A DNA stretch of 64,000 nucleotides from a bacterium (lineage in GTDB: Bacteria; JADJOY01), in contig JAXLQJ010000020.1 in the NCBI GenBank assembly GCA_046331705.1, positions 1 through 64,000 on the forward strand, read 5' to 3'. This document shows positions 30,974 to 40,710 of the stretch, one piece after another. Under the pieces are notes generated by a model. That model searched no databases, was not told the origin of the DNA, and saw only the letters and a program-made list of their open reading frames with translations. A program made the position numbers and the translations under genes. How positions within the stretch are numbered: the stretch's first letter is position 1; each line of letters starts with the position of its first letter.

Positions 30974-31879
30974 CTACGTCGACGAATCGGGCGACGCGGG
31001 CAGTCCCGCCGCACGGGCGCGGGCGAGCACCTTCTCGGCGGCGCGGACCATCGGCATGTCGACCATCTTGCCTTCGAAGTCGAAGGCCCCCGCACCGCGC
31101 TCCTGGTGCGCGCGGAACGCGTCGAGCAGTCGCGTGGCGTGCGCGATCTGCTCGGGGCGCGGATCGAAGGCGCGGTGGATCGGCTCGACGTGCTTGGGGT
31201 GGATGCACATCTTGCCGTCGTAGCCCATGCGCCGGCCCACGGCGGCGTCGCGCACGAGGACCTCGAGGCTCGTGAGATCGGTGCAGAGCGTGTCGATGGC
31301 GTCGAGCCCCGCCGCCTTCGCGGCCACCACCACCGCGCCGCGCGCGTAGGCCACCTCGGCGCCTTCCGGCGTGCGCTCGGCGCCGACGTCGCCGGCGAAG
31401 TCCTCGGCGCCGAACATCAGCGCCACCAGCCGCTCGCTCGACTCGGCGATGAACGGAGCCTGCACGACCCCGCGCGCGGTCTCGATCAGCGCCACCAGCC
31501 GCGGCCGCCACGCGGGATCGCCCACCTGCGCTTGCACCGCTTCGAGAACGTGCTCGACGCGCCGCACGTCCTCGGCCGACGAGACCTTGGGAATCACGTA
31601 CGCATCCGGCTTGCCGGGCGCCGTGAGCTCGAGGTCCTCGCGAAAGAAGTCCTCGGTGGGCACGTTGATCCGCACCCAGCGCTCGCTGCGTCCGAAGTCG
31701 AGGTGCTTGAGCGCGTCGACGACGGTGCGACGCGCGTCTTCCTTCTTGGCGAGGGCGACCCCGTCCTCGAGATCCATGACGACGACGTCGACGTCCAGCG
31801 CCGCCGCCTTCTCGATCTTGCGCAGGCTGTCGCCTGGCATGAAGAGCACCGATCGGCGCAGCTGCATCGCGGCGTTCAA
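30974..31879 (-). CDS. citE: CitE-family acyl-CoA lyase
   Basis: RSVLFMPG, DLEDGV, VRIN, IETARGV, FGAEDF, GKMCIHP and GKMVDMP motifs. Confidence 0.9.
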   Translation of the reverse strand: MNAAMQLRRSVLFMPGDSLRKIEKAAALDVDVVVMDLEDGVALAKKEDARRTVVDALKHLDFGRSERWVRINVPTEDFFREDLELTAPGKPDAYVIPKVSSAEDVRRVEHVLEAVQAQVGDPAWRPRLVALIETARGVVQAPFIAESSERLVALMFGAEDFAGDVGAERTPEGAEVAYARGAVVVAAKAAGLDAIDTLCTDLTSLEVLVRDAAVGRRMGYDGKMCIHPKHVEPIHRAFDPRPEQIAHATRLLDAFRAHQERGAGAFDFEGKMVDMPMVRAAEKVLARARAAGLPASPDSST

Positions 31880-32337
31880 GCGGTGGGGGCGGGCTTCTTC
31901 TTGAGCAGCACGGTGCGCTGGAAATCGATCACCACGGTGCCGTCCTGGTTGCGGCCGATGTGCCGGAAGCGCACCACGCCGCAGTCGGGGCGCGACTTGG
32001 AGTCGCGCTTCTCCACGATCTCGGTCTCCACGTAGAGCGTGTCGCCGTGGAACATCGGGTGCGGATGCTTGACGGTCTCGAAGCCCAGGTTCGCGATCAG
32101 CGTGCCCTCGGTGAGATCGGACACCGTGACGCCCACCGCCACGCCGAGCGTCAAGATGCCGTTGACGATGCGGCGCTTGAACTCGGTCTTGCTGGCGAAG
32201 TCCTCGTTGAGGTGAAGCGGTTGGGTGTTGAGCGTCAGGCTCGAGAACAGCACGTTGTCCATCTCGGTCATCGTGCGGCCGACGTTGTGCCGCATCGTGC
32301 CGCCGGTCTCGAGATCTTCGAAGTACTTGCCAGCCAT
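31876..32337 (-). CDS. MaoC-family (R)-specific enoyl-CoA hydratase
   Basis: GKYFED, GRTMTEMDN...NTQPLH, ANLG, FHGDTL and SKSRP motifs. Confidence 0.9.
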   Translation of the reverse strand: MAGKYFEDLETGGTMRHNVGRTMTEMDNVLFSSLTLNTQPLHLNEDFASKTEFKRRIVNGILTLGVAVGVTVSDLTEGTLIANLGFETVKHPHPMFHGDTLYVETEIVEKRDSKSRPDCGVVRFRHIGRNQDGTVVIDFQRTVLLKKKPAPTA

Positions 32338-32493
32338 GGTTCCGTGCCTATCGGTGGGGAGTTTCGAGTGACGGTGCGCGCCCGGCGATGCGAGCGCGCG
32401 AGACTACCCGATCGGCCGAAATGACGGCTACGGCGGCGCGTCGTTGCGGGGGCTGCTCGAGCCGTCCGCAACGACACGGCCCTGGCACGACGA

Positions 32494-33288
32494 TCAGGCG
32501 GCTTCGGGAGGCCCGTCGTCGCCCTCCCCGGCGGGGCCGTCGGACGGCGGCCCCATCGACTTCATCGCCTCTTCCATGCGGCGACCCATCTCCTCCGGTG
32601 GCACGTCCTCGACGTGGGTGGCCACGGCCCATTCGTGGCCGAACGGATCGCGGAGCTTGCCGAAGCGGTCGCCCCAGAACATGTCGCTGGGCGGCTGGGT
32701 CACGGTGGCGCCGTGGCGAACCGCGCGCGCCATGAACGCGTCCACGCTCGGGACGTAGAGCATGATCTGGCACGTCACGCCGCCGAGCGAGCTGGGCGCC
32801 TTCGCGTACATCCCGGGCCACTCGTCCGCGAGCATCACGATGGAATCGCCGATCCGGATCTCGGCGTGACCGAGCAGACCGTTGGGCGCCGTCATGCGCA
32901 TCACTTCCGTGGCGCCGAACGCCTGCTCGTAGAAGGTGATGGCCGCGGCGGCGCCCTCGACGGCGAGGTAAGGCGTCACCGCGTGGAAGCCCTCGGGGAT
33001 CGGGCGGGGGCCGCGGGGCTCGAGCGCTGGCGCCGCTGGCGCCGGCCTCGCCACGGGTCGAACGGCCTTCTTGGCGGATGCCTTGGCGGCAGGCTTCGCC
33101 GTAGCTTTCGCCGCGGCCTTCGGGGCCACCGCGAGCTTCTTGGGAGCCGCCTGGGTGGGCTTCTTGGCCGGCTTCTGGGCGGCCTTCGGGGCCACCTTCG
33201 GCGCGGGCTTCTTCGTGACCTTCCGCGCGGTGCTCTTGGCGGCGTTCTTGGCTGAGCTCTTGGCGGGCTTCTTGGCGGGCTTCTTCAT
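32494..33288 (-). CDS. VOC/PhnB-like protein with an N-terminal Lys/Ala/Pro-rich extension
   Basis: IPEGFHAVTPYL, AITFYEQAFGA, HAEIRIGDS and DMFWGDRFGKLRDPFGHEW; about 80-aa KKPAKK-type N-terminus. Confidence 0.88.
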   Translation of the reverse strand: MKKPAKKPAKSSAKNAAKSTARKVTKKPAPKVAPKAAQKPAKKPTQAAPKKLAVAPKAAAKATAKPAAKASAKKAVRPVARPAPAAPALEPRGPRPIPEGFHAVTPYLAVEGAAAAITFYEQAFGATEVMRMTAPNGLLGHAEIRIGDSIVMLADEWPGMYAKAPSSLGGVTCQIMLYVPSVDAFMARAVRHGATVTQPPSDMFWGDRFGKLRDPFGHEWAVATHVEDVPPEEMGRRMEEAMKSMGPPSDGPAGEGDDGPPEAA

Positions 33289-33417
33289 GAGCGGGCCTCC
33301 TCGACGCGGAATCTTGCGCCCGAGCGCGCGAGGCGGTCAACGCCGCCAGCGTCACGCCTCGCGCGGCGCCGGATCGCCTCCGGCTACGCTGCGGCACCCA
33401 CGCACGGAGGACACCTC

Positions 33418-34083
33418 ATGACCATCACCGCCTTGATCACCGGCGCCAATCGCGGCATCGGGTTGGAGCTCACGCGCCAGCTTCGCGCCCGCGGCGCGCG
33501 CGTCATCGGTGCGTGCCGCGCGGCGAGCGCCGAGCTGGTCGCCACCGGCGCGCGGGTGGAGGCGAACGTGGACGTGACCGACGGCGAGTCGATCGCGGCA
33601 CTCGCTGCACGCCTTCGCGGAGAGCGCTTGGATCTGGTCATCAACAACGCGGGCCTGCTCTCGATGGACACCCTCGAGCAGCTCGACGAGGACGCGATCC
33701 GGCGTCAGTTCGAGGTGAACGCCCTCGGACCGCTGCGCGTGACCGCCGCGCTCGCACCGCTGCTCGAGCGGGGCGCCAAGGTGGCGCTGGTCACCAGCCG
33801 CATGGGATCGATGGGCGACAACGGCTCCGGCCGCATGTACGGCTACCGCATGTCGAAGGCGGCGCTCAACGCCGCGGGCGTGTCGCTGGCCCACGATCTC
33901 GCGCCCCGCGGCATCGCCGTCGCGATCCTCCACCCCGGCTACGTCCGCACCGACATGACGGGCCACGGCGGCGACATCGAACCCGCGGAAGCCGCACGGA
34001 ATCTGCTGGCGCGAATCGACGAGCTGACCCTCGCCACGACGGGTCGGTTCCTGCACGCCAACGGCACCCCGCTGCCCTGGTAG
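33418..34083 (+). CDS. Short-chain dehydrogenase/reductase, CsgA (C-factor)-like
   Basis: TGANRGIG, NNAG, SRMGS, YRMSK, HPGYVRTDM and a terminal LPW. Confidence 0.9.
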   Translation: MTITALITGANRGIGLELTRQLRARGARVIGACRAASAELVATGARVEANVDVTDGESIAALAARLRGERLDLVINNAGLLSMDTLEQLDEDAIRRQFEVNALGPLRVTAALAPLLERGAKVALVTSRMGSMGDNGSGRMYGYRMSKAALNAAGVSLAHDLAPRGIAVAILHPGYVRTDMTGHGGDIEPAEAARNLLARIDELTLATTGRFLHANGTPLPW

Positions 34084-34247
34084 CCGCCCCCGAGCGCGGC
34101 TCGGTGCCTCTCTGGTACAACAGAAGAGGTACACGACACGCTGCGGCATTCGGATCGAGCGAACCCCGAGCGAGGGGTGGCGCGGCATGCGCCTCCCTCG
34201 CGGGTCGCTACCCCCAACCGAACGCGCGCGCGGCGACGGAGACACGC

Positions 34248-36713
34248 ATGGCGACTCGATTCCATTCCCCCACACGCGCCGCCCACCGCCCGCTTCTGAC
34301 GCTGGCCGCCGCCGTCACGGTGGTCCTGGGTGCGGGCTGCACCACCGACTACACGACCGTCCCCGCGGGCAGCTTCGTGATGGGCAGTCCCGAGTCGGAG
34401 CCCGGTCGCGATCTCGACGAAGCCCAGCACGGCGTGTCGCTCAGCCACGGCTTCGAGATCGGCACGGCGGAGGTGACCCAGGAGAAATTCCAGGAGATCT
34501 CGGGCTGGAACCCGAGTTACTGGCCCACCACCGGCGAGGGCCCGACCTACCCGGTCGATACCGTGAGCTGGTACGACGCGCTCGCGTTCGCCAACAAGCT
34601 CTCGGTGGCGAACGGCTACGCGCCCTGCTACGCGCTGAGCGAGGTGGTCTGCGCCGACGACAGCCCCGGCGACGACGCGACCGCGTGCGCGGCCAACGGC
34701 GGCATCCGCTCCGCGTCCGTGGCGCTCGACGGCGCGGCGTCGGTCTACGAATGCGCCGGCTACCGGCTGCCGACCGAGGCCGAGTGGGAATTCGCCGCCC
34801 GCGCCGGCACCACCACCGCGCTCCCGAGCGGCGACATCACCAACACGGGCTGCGGCCCGCAGGATCCAGCCGCCAACGCGATCGCCTGGTACTGCGGCAA
34901 CAACTCGGGCAAAGCCACCCACGTCGTCCGCACCAAGACCGCCAACGCGCTCGGCATCTACGACACCGCCGGCAACGTCGCCGAGTGGACGTGGGATTGG
35001 TACGCCGCCGCGACCCCGCTCACCTCGTCCGATCCCACCGGCCCGGAAAGCGGCTACTACCGGGTGGTGCGAGGCGGTGCCGCGTTCTTCCACGGTGCCG
35101 CGATGGTGCGCTCGGCCTCACGCGCCGGGCACACGCCGGGCTATCGCGACAAGCACCTGGGCTTTCGCGTGGTGCGCACCGTCGCCACGAGCAGCACGGC
35201 GGAGCGCCCGCCGCTCCCGCCCCCGTCCAGCGTGGCGATCACCGCGGACCCGGGCGCCGGTTTCAGCGTCGCCTCCTTGCCCTTCCCCGTGACCCGCCCC
35301 GACGTCGGCACGCCGCTCACGCCGGCGGAGATCGCGGCGTTCACCGCCAAGATCACCGGTTTCTGGAAGGACGTGGGCTACTTCGATTGGCTGAGGCGCG
35401 TGACTCACGGCATGGACCCGTCGAACGGCCAGGGCTATCCGGACTACCGGCTCTACTGGCAGGACACGCGCGCGCTCAAATCGGGCGGCACCGTGACGTT
35501 CGACCACACCGGCAACGCCGACAACCTCACGATCCCCACTCCCAAGGTGCTGGCCGCGGCGTCGGCGGCGTACCTGGCGAGCGGCGACGCGGCCCTCGGC
35601 GATCTGGCGAAGGGATTGGCGAAGGGCATGCGGGCCGGGTTCCTGGGCGAGGCGTTCGACGCCGAAGACCCGGAGACCGGCATCTCGGCGCGCACCGTGC
35701 TCAACCAGAACCACGGCTTCGTGCAGGACGGCCGCCCCACGGTGGTGAGCTACGACAACGCCAAGCATCCCGCCGACGACTGGAACGCCAAGACCATCGA
35801 GAACCACACCAACCCGTACTTCGGCGACATCTGGCTTCGCATCTGGCGCAGCCAAGACGACGTCCCGCACATCTTCCGCGTGGTGCCGATGCTCCGGCGC
35901 CTCGCCGCTCAGGCGCCCGACGCCGACGTCCGCGCGGCGGCGGCGGAATCCGTGGCGCAGCTCGAGCACTTCGCGCGCGACATCGTCGACAGCGGCTGGT
36001 TCATCCGCACCAAGACCGACCAGGGCGACGTCGAGATCCCCCATTACCCCGACGGCACGATCCCGGATCTCGCGAGCTTCTCGCTCTACAACTTCCTGGT
36101 GCCCAACGCCCAATGCGAGCCCAAGCTGGGTGCCGCGATGATCGCCTACGACGACTCGCGCGGTCTCGATTGTGGGATCGGGTTCGGCAACATCTACGAG
36201 CTGATCGCCGAGATCGGCCACTACTACAACTACGACATCATCCGGTACTTCCACCTCGCCGCCATCGACAACACCCTCGCCGCCGGCCAGTTCGCGATGG
36301 CCGAGCCGCTGCTCCAAGGCTTGATCCAGCGGGTGGATCAGATGATGGCGGGGACCGTGCCCCACAGCGACGACCCGAGCTACTGGGCGGACGCCGCGGG
36401 CTATCTCGTCGTCGCCGCCGCGAGCGGTCTACCGCTGACCTCGGCCGAGACCCAGCACCTGGTCACGCGCTACTCGGCGGCGGTCGATCACTATGCCCCG
36501 TGGCCCAACTGGGATCTGTGGTCGCCGTCGGTGCCCGACGGCGAGGTCGCGTGGGAGCCGAGCCGCGGCGGCTCGCCCGACAACTACGTCGACATCACCG
36601 AGATGGCGTACCTGCTCGAGTACTGCAGCTCACCCTGGCAGAACCCGGCCGGCGCCGCCTTCGTCGACTGCTCGATCGTGCTCGACCCGAACCGCTGGGG
36701 GGAATCCGGCTGA
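34248..36713 (+). CDS. Lipoprotein with an FGE-sulfatase (SUMF1) domain and a large uncharacterised C-terminal domain
   Basis: Lipobox LGAGC; FVMGS, EVTQ, YRLPTEAEWEFAARAG, GNVAEW, RVVRGG and GFRVVR motifs. Confidence 0.85.
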   Translation: MATRFHSPTRAAHRPLLTLAAAVTVVLGAGCTTDYTTVPAGSFVMGSPESEPGRDLDEAQHGVSLSHGFEIGTAEVTQEKFQEISGWNPSYWPTTGEGPTYPVDTVSWYDALAFANKLSVANGYAPCYALSEVVCADDSPGDDATACAANGGIRSASVALDGAASVYECAGYRLPTEAEWEFAARAGTTTALPSGDITNTGCGPQDPAANAIAWYCGNNSGKATHVVRTKTANALGIYDTAGNVAEWTWDWYAAATPLTSSDPTGPESGYYRVVRGGAAFFHGAAMVRSASRAGHTPGYRDKHLGFRVVRTVATSSTAERPPLPPPSSVAITADPGAGFSVASLPFPVTRPDVGTPLTPAEIAAFTAKITGFWKDVGYFDWLRRVTHGMDPSNGQGYPDYRLYWQDTRALKSGGTVTFDHTGNADNLTIPTPKVLAAASAAYLASGDAALGDLAKGLAKGMRAGFLGEAFDAEDPETGISARTVLNQNHGFVQDGRPTVVSYDNAKHPADDWNAKTIENHTNPYFGDIWLRIWRSQDDVPHIFRVVPMLRRLAAQAPDADVRAAAAESVAQLEHFARDIVDSGWFIRTKTDQGDVEIPHYPDGTIPDLASFSLYNFLVPNAQCEPKLGAAMIAYDDSRGLDCGIGFGNIYELIAEIGHYYNYDIIRYFHLAAIDNTLAAGQFAMAEPLLQGLIQRVDQMMAGTVPHSDDPSYWADAAGYLVVAAASGLPLTSAETQHLVTRYSAAVDHYAPWPNWDLWSPSVPDGEVAWEPSRGGSPDNYVDITEMAYLLEYCSSPWQNPAGAAFVDCSIVLDPNRWGESG

Positions 36714-37107
36714 CCATCCCACCGCGTGGCTAGCGCGCCGTCGCGGCGCGGGCCAGCCGTCGCTCCGTCGACGACCGCGCCAGCCTCGGCCCCCGAGGGT
36801 GCGGGCGCCCGGAGGGCCGATCGCTCGGCCACATCGGGCCCGCGCCTTCCACGTTGCCGCGGCGGGGGCAGGCTCGGATCCCGCCACGCGGGCATCGAGG
36901 TGACGGCAAGGTGGCGGCCGGTTGGCCGGGCGCGCACGGGGTTGGTTAGGTTGCGGCCACTTCGAGCGCCTTTGGACGGGCGTTTCCCGCGGGCTCGAGG
37001 AATCGCTTGAAGCAGTTCGACGTTTCCGGCGCAGCGGCGGCGAGACCCCGCCCTGGCGCACGACCGACCGGGCCTCGTCGTGGTCCGGTTGCACCCGAGA
37101 ACCGCGC

Positions 37108-39783
37108 ATGACCACCGATCGAGTGATCCGAAACGTCCGCGACCGCCTGGAGCGGGAAGTCCTCCCCAACGTCGAGAAGCCGTCGCGGTATCTCGGCGCC
37201 GAGCTCAACACCGCGCACAAGCACGAGGCGCTCGCCGCCGGCCGGATCGAGGCGCGCATCGCGCTCGTCTTCCCGGACCTCTACGACCTGGGGCTCGGCA
37301 ACCTCGGGCTGCACATCCTCTACGTCATCCTGAACGAGCTCGAATGGTGCTGGGCGGAGCGCGCCTACGCACCGGCGCTCGACCTCGAACGCGAGCTGCG
37401 CGCTCGGGAATTGCCGCTGTTCGCGTGGGAATCGAAGGACGAGCTGGGCGCGTTCGACGGCATCGGCTTCACGCTTCAGACCGAGCTCACGTACACGAAC
37501 ATCCTGAACATCCTCGATCTCGCCGGTGTGCCGCTTCGAACCGCGGATCGCACCGACGCGCATCCGCTGACGTTCGCCGGCGGCCCCGCCGTCTTCAACC
37601 CGGAGCCGCTGGCGCCGTTCATGGACTTCTTCGTGATCGGCGATGGCGAGGACGTGGTGCTCGAGGTGGCGGAGGCACTGCGCCGCGTGCGCGGCCTGCC
37701 GCGCGCCGCCAAGCTCGCCGAGCTGGCCAAGATCGAGGGGGTCTACGTCCCCGCGCTCTATCCGATGGACACCCTCGCCGACGGGCGCATCGTGCCGCGC
37801 CTCGACGCGCCCAAGATCGTGAAGCGCACCGTCCGTGATCTGGACGGCGCCACCTTCCCCACCCGCTACATCGTGCCCTTCACCAAGCAGGTTCACGACC
37901 GCGCGAGCCTGGAGGTGTTGCGCGGCTGTACCCAGGGATGCCGCTTCTGCCAGGCGGGCATGACCACCCGACCGGTGCGCGAGCGCAACCTGGTGAACGT
38001 GGGCCAGCTCATGGAGCGCACGCTGGCCGCGACCGGCTACGAAGAGGTGTCGCTGGTCTCGCTCTCCACCTGCGACTACTCGCGGGTGCGCACGCTGGTG
38101 GAAGAGGCGGCCATCCGGGGCGAGCAAGATCACGTCTCGGTCTCGCTGCCCTCGCTGCGTCTCGATTCGTTCTCGGTGGACCTCGCCGACCGCGTCGCCG
38201 GCTACCGACGCAGCGGTCTCACCTTCGCGCCGGAGGCGGCGAGCCCGCGTCTGCGCGCGCTCATCAACAAATGGATCCCCGACGAAGAGCTGCTCACGAT
38301 GTCCTCGGCCGTCTACGACAAGGGCTGGGACCACGTGAAGCTCTACTTCATGATCGGGCTGCCGACCGAGCGCGACGACGACGTCGACGCCATCGCCGAC
38401 CTCACGATCCGCACGCTGAAGCGCGGCCGTTCGATCAATCGCAAGGCCAAGATCAACACCGGTGTGTCGACCTTCGTGCCCAAGCCGTTCACGCCCTTCC
38501 AGTGGGTGCGCCAGATCTCGATCGAGGAATGCGAGCAGAAGCAGCGCCGTCTGCTCGATCAGTTCCGGCACCATCCAGCGGTCAAGTTCGGGCGCCACAA
38601 CCCCGAGGAGACGTTCCTCGAAGGATTGGTGTCGCGCGCCGATCGACGCGTGGCCGACGTCATCGAGGCTGCGTTCCGCAAGGGCGCCCGGTTCGATGCC
38701 TGGGACGAGTTCCGGAACTTCGGGATCTGGAAGGAAGCCCTCGCCGAGACCGGTTACGACCCGAACGAGTCGCTGCGCGAGCGCGCCCTGGACGAGCGCC
38801 TGCCGTGGGATCACATCGACATCCTGATCCCCAAGGAATGGTTCCAGGAGGATTGGAAGCGCGCCCAGGAGCTCGAATACGCGGGCGATTGCCGCTCGGC
38901 CAAATGCCACCAATGCGGCGTCATCGATCGCGAGCGCGATCTTTGCCTGCACATGCTGCGGAACTCGCGGGCGGGCGCGAAGGAAGAGAAGACCTTCACG
39001 CCCAAGCCTCGACCCACGGAACGTCCCGTCGAGCCCGATCCCGTGCAACGGATCTGGCTCCGAATCGGCCGCGAGGGTGAAGGGCGCTTCCTCTCGCACC
39101 TCGAGACCATGAACGTGTGGATCCGCGCGCTTCGCCGCGCGCGGCTGCCGCTCGCGTACTCGCAAGGCTTCCACGCCCACGCGCGCGTGGCGTTCTCCAC
39201 GGCGCCGCCGGTGGGCGAGGAATCCCGCGGCGATTACCTCGACGTGCTGCTCTCGCAGCCCGTGGACGTGGCCGCCCTGCCGGAGATGCTCGGCGCGGTG
39301 CTGCCGGCCGGATTTCGCGTCTACGACGCGCGCGAGGTGCCGCGCCGGGCCGCATCGTTGCAGGCGCAGGTTCAGGGCTTCGTGTACCGGATCGTTCTCG
39401 ACGGGTGCGACGCCTCGGCGCTCGAGACCCGCGTCGCGGAGCTGCTCGCCTCGCCCAGCTTGGTGGTCGAGCGGCTCGCCAAGTCGAACGGTCAGAAGGC
39501 GCGCGTGAAGCTCTGCATCCGCGCCACCATCGATTCGCTGGTCGTCGCGCGCGACCCGGACGGCGCGGTCCACCTCGACTTCACCAGCCGCTGCGTCGAC
39601 GGCCGCACCGCCAAACCGCGCGAGATCCTCGAGCTGCTCGGGCTCGACGCGGCGACCGCGCGGGTCATCAAGCTCGACACGCTGCTCAGCCCGCCCGAGG
39701 CGATCGCGTCGGCCGCCCCCAGCCCCGCCGCGGCCGATCTCGACGGCGACCTGGCGCTCGAGCCCGACGCCGCCAGCGCCTGA
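37108..39783 (+). CDS. TIGR03960-type radical SAM protein fused to a TIGR03936/DUF2344 domain
   Basis: EKPSRYLGAE, RGCTQGCRFCQAG, TFAPEA, KLYFMIGLP and FVPKPFTPFQW, then RFLSHLE...YSQGFH. Confidence 0.9.
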   Translation: MTTDRVIRNVRDRLEREVLPNVEKPSRYLGAELNTAHKHEALAAGRIEARIALVFPDLYDLGLGNLGLHILYVILNELEWCWAERAYAPALDLERELRARELPLFAWESKDELGAFDGIGFTLQTELTYTNILNILDLAGVPLRTADRTDAHPLTFAGGPAVFNPEPLAPFMDFFVIGDGEDVVLEVAEALRRVRGLPRAAKLAELAKIEGVYVPALYPMDTLADGRIVPRLDAPKIVKRTVRDLDGATFPTRYIVPFTKQVHDRASLEVLRGCTQGCRFCQAGMTTRPVRERNLVNVGQLMERTLAATGYEEVSLVSLSTCDYSRVRTLVEEAAIRGEQDHVSVSLPSLRLDSFSVDLADRVAGYRRSGLTFAPEAASPRLRALINKWIPDEELLTMSSAVYDKGWDHVKLYFMIGLPTERDDDVDAIADLTIRTLKRGRSINRKAKINTGVSTFVPKPFTPFQWVRQISIEECEQKQRRLLDQFRHHPAVKFGRHNPEETFLEGLVSRADRRVADVIEAAFRKGARFDAWDEFRNFGIWKEALAETGYDPNESLRERALDERLPWDHIDILIPKEWFQEDWKRAQELEYAGDCRSAKCHQCGVIDRERDLCLHMLRNSRAGAKEEKTFTPKPRPTERPVEPDPVQRIWLRIGREGEGRFLSHLETMNVWIRALRRARLPLAYSQGFHAHARVAFSTAPPVGEESRGDYLDVLLSQPVDVAALPEMLGAVLPAGFRVYDAREVPRRAASLQAQVQGFVYRIVLDGCDASALETRVAELLASPSLVVERLAKSNGQKARVKLCIRATIDSLVVARDPDGAVHLDFTSRCVDGRTAKPREILELLGLDAATARVIKLDTLLSPPEAIASAAPSPAAADLDGDLALEPDAASA

Positions 39784-39802
39784 GCGGCGGCGGGCGGGCG
39801 CT

Positions 39803-40582
39803 TCAGCCGCCGACCACGACCGAGCGCATCGAGATCGAGCCGAGCGTCACGCCCTCGTTGAAGAAGCCGATCGCCTCGCCGTCGCGTCGCAGCGCCAGCG
39901 CATGGACGAGCGGCAGATAGTGCTCGGCCGTCGGGATCGAGAGCGCGGCGTCGCGCCCCAGCCGCTCGGGATGGATCCAGGCCTCGCGGTCGCCAGCGGC
40001 GATGCGCGCCGCGACCTCGGCATCGAAGCGGGTGGCCCAATCGAAGCCGCCTGCGCGCCCGAAATCGACGAGCCCCAGGTTGTGGACGATGTTGCCACTG
40101 CCGAGGACCAAGACACCCTGCTCGCGCAGCGGCGCCAGTCGTCGCGCCAGCTCGTGATGCTGCGCCGGTGAGCGGCCGCGATCGAGGCTGAGCTGGATCA
40201 CCGGCACGTCCGCGCTCGGATACATGCCCACGAGCACGCTCCACGCTCCGTGATCGAGGCCACGATCCGGATCGATCCGAGCGCCTTCGTCCGCGAGTAG
40301 CGTCGCGATCTCCGCCGCCAGCCGCGGCTCCCCCGGCGCCGGGTAACGCACCTCGAAGAGGGCCCGCGGAAAGCCGCCGAAGTCGTGGATGGTCTCGGGA
40401 CGCGCGGCGCCTGTCACGGCGACCCCGCGCGTCTCCCAATGCGCCGAGACGCACAGCACCGCCCGCGGGCGCGGCAACCGCTCCGCCACCGCGGCCCAGC
40501 CGCGACGGAACGCGTTGTCCTCGATCGCGTTCATCGGCGAGCCGTGCCCGACGAACAACACCGGCATCGACGTTCCCGGCAC
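39803..40582 (-). CDS. ygiD: 4,5-DOPA extradiol dioxygenase family (YgiD/LigB)
   Basis: FVGHGSPMN, SAHW, TIHDFGGFP, GLDHGAW, GSGNIVHNL and PTAEHYLPL motifs. Confidence 0.92.
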   Translation of the reverse strand: MPGTSMPVLFVGHGSPMNAIEDNAFRRGWAAVAERLPRPRAVLCVSAHWETRGVAVTGAARPETIHDFGGFPRALFEVRYPAPGEPRLAAEIATLLADEGARIDPDRGLDHGAWSVLVGMYPSADVPVIQLSLDRGRSPAQHHELARRLAPLREQGVLVLGSGNIVHNLGLVDFGRAGGFDWATRFDAEVAARIAAGDREAWIHPERLGRDAALSIPTAEHYLPLVHALALRRDGEAIGFFNEGVTLGSISMRSVVVGG

Positions 40583-40710
40583 CGGCGCCTCCTTCCCCCT
40601 CGCCGCGGCCAGGCTCGGCGGAAGAGCCCTTTTGGCGCGCCACCACCGACGACCCGTCAGCCGACGCGCTCAGTCGCGAACGCCACGAGTCTCACCGTAG
40701 CCGGATGCGC

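Noticed and set aside
33418-34083. Calling the SDR csgA (C-signal)
   Set aside because: The family resemblance is clear, but orthology cannot be shown from motifs alone.
34248-35200. FGE-sulfatase (C-type lectin fold) domain as a possible diversity-generating retroelement target
   Set aside because: No reverse transcriptase and no second template-repeat copy of the region were seen in the window.
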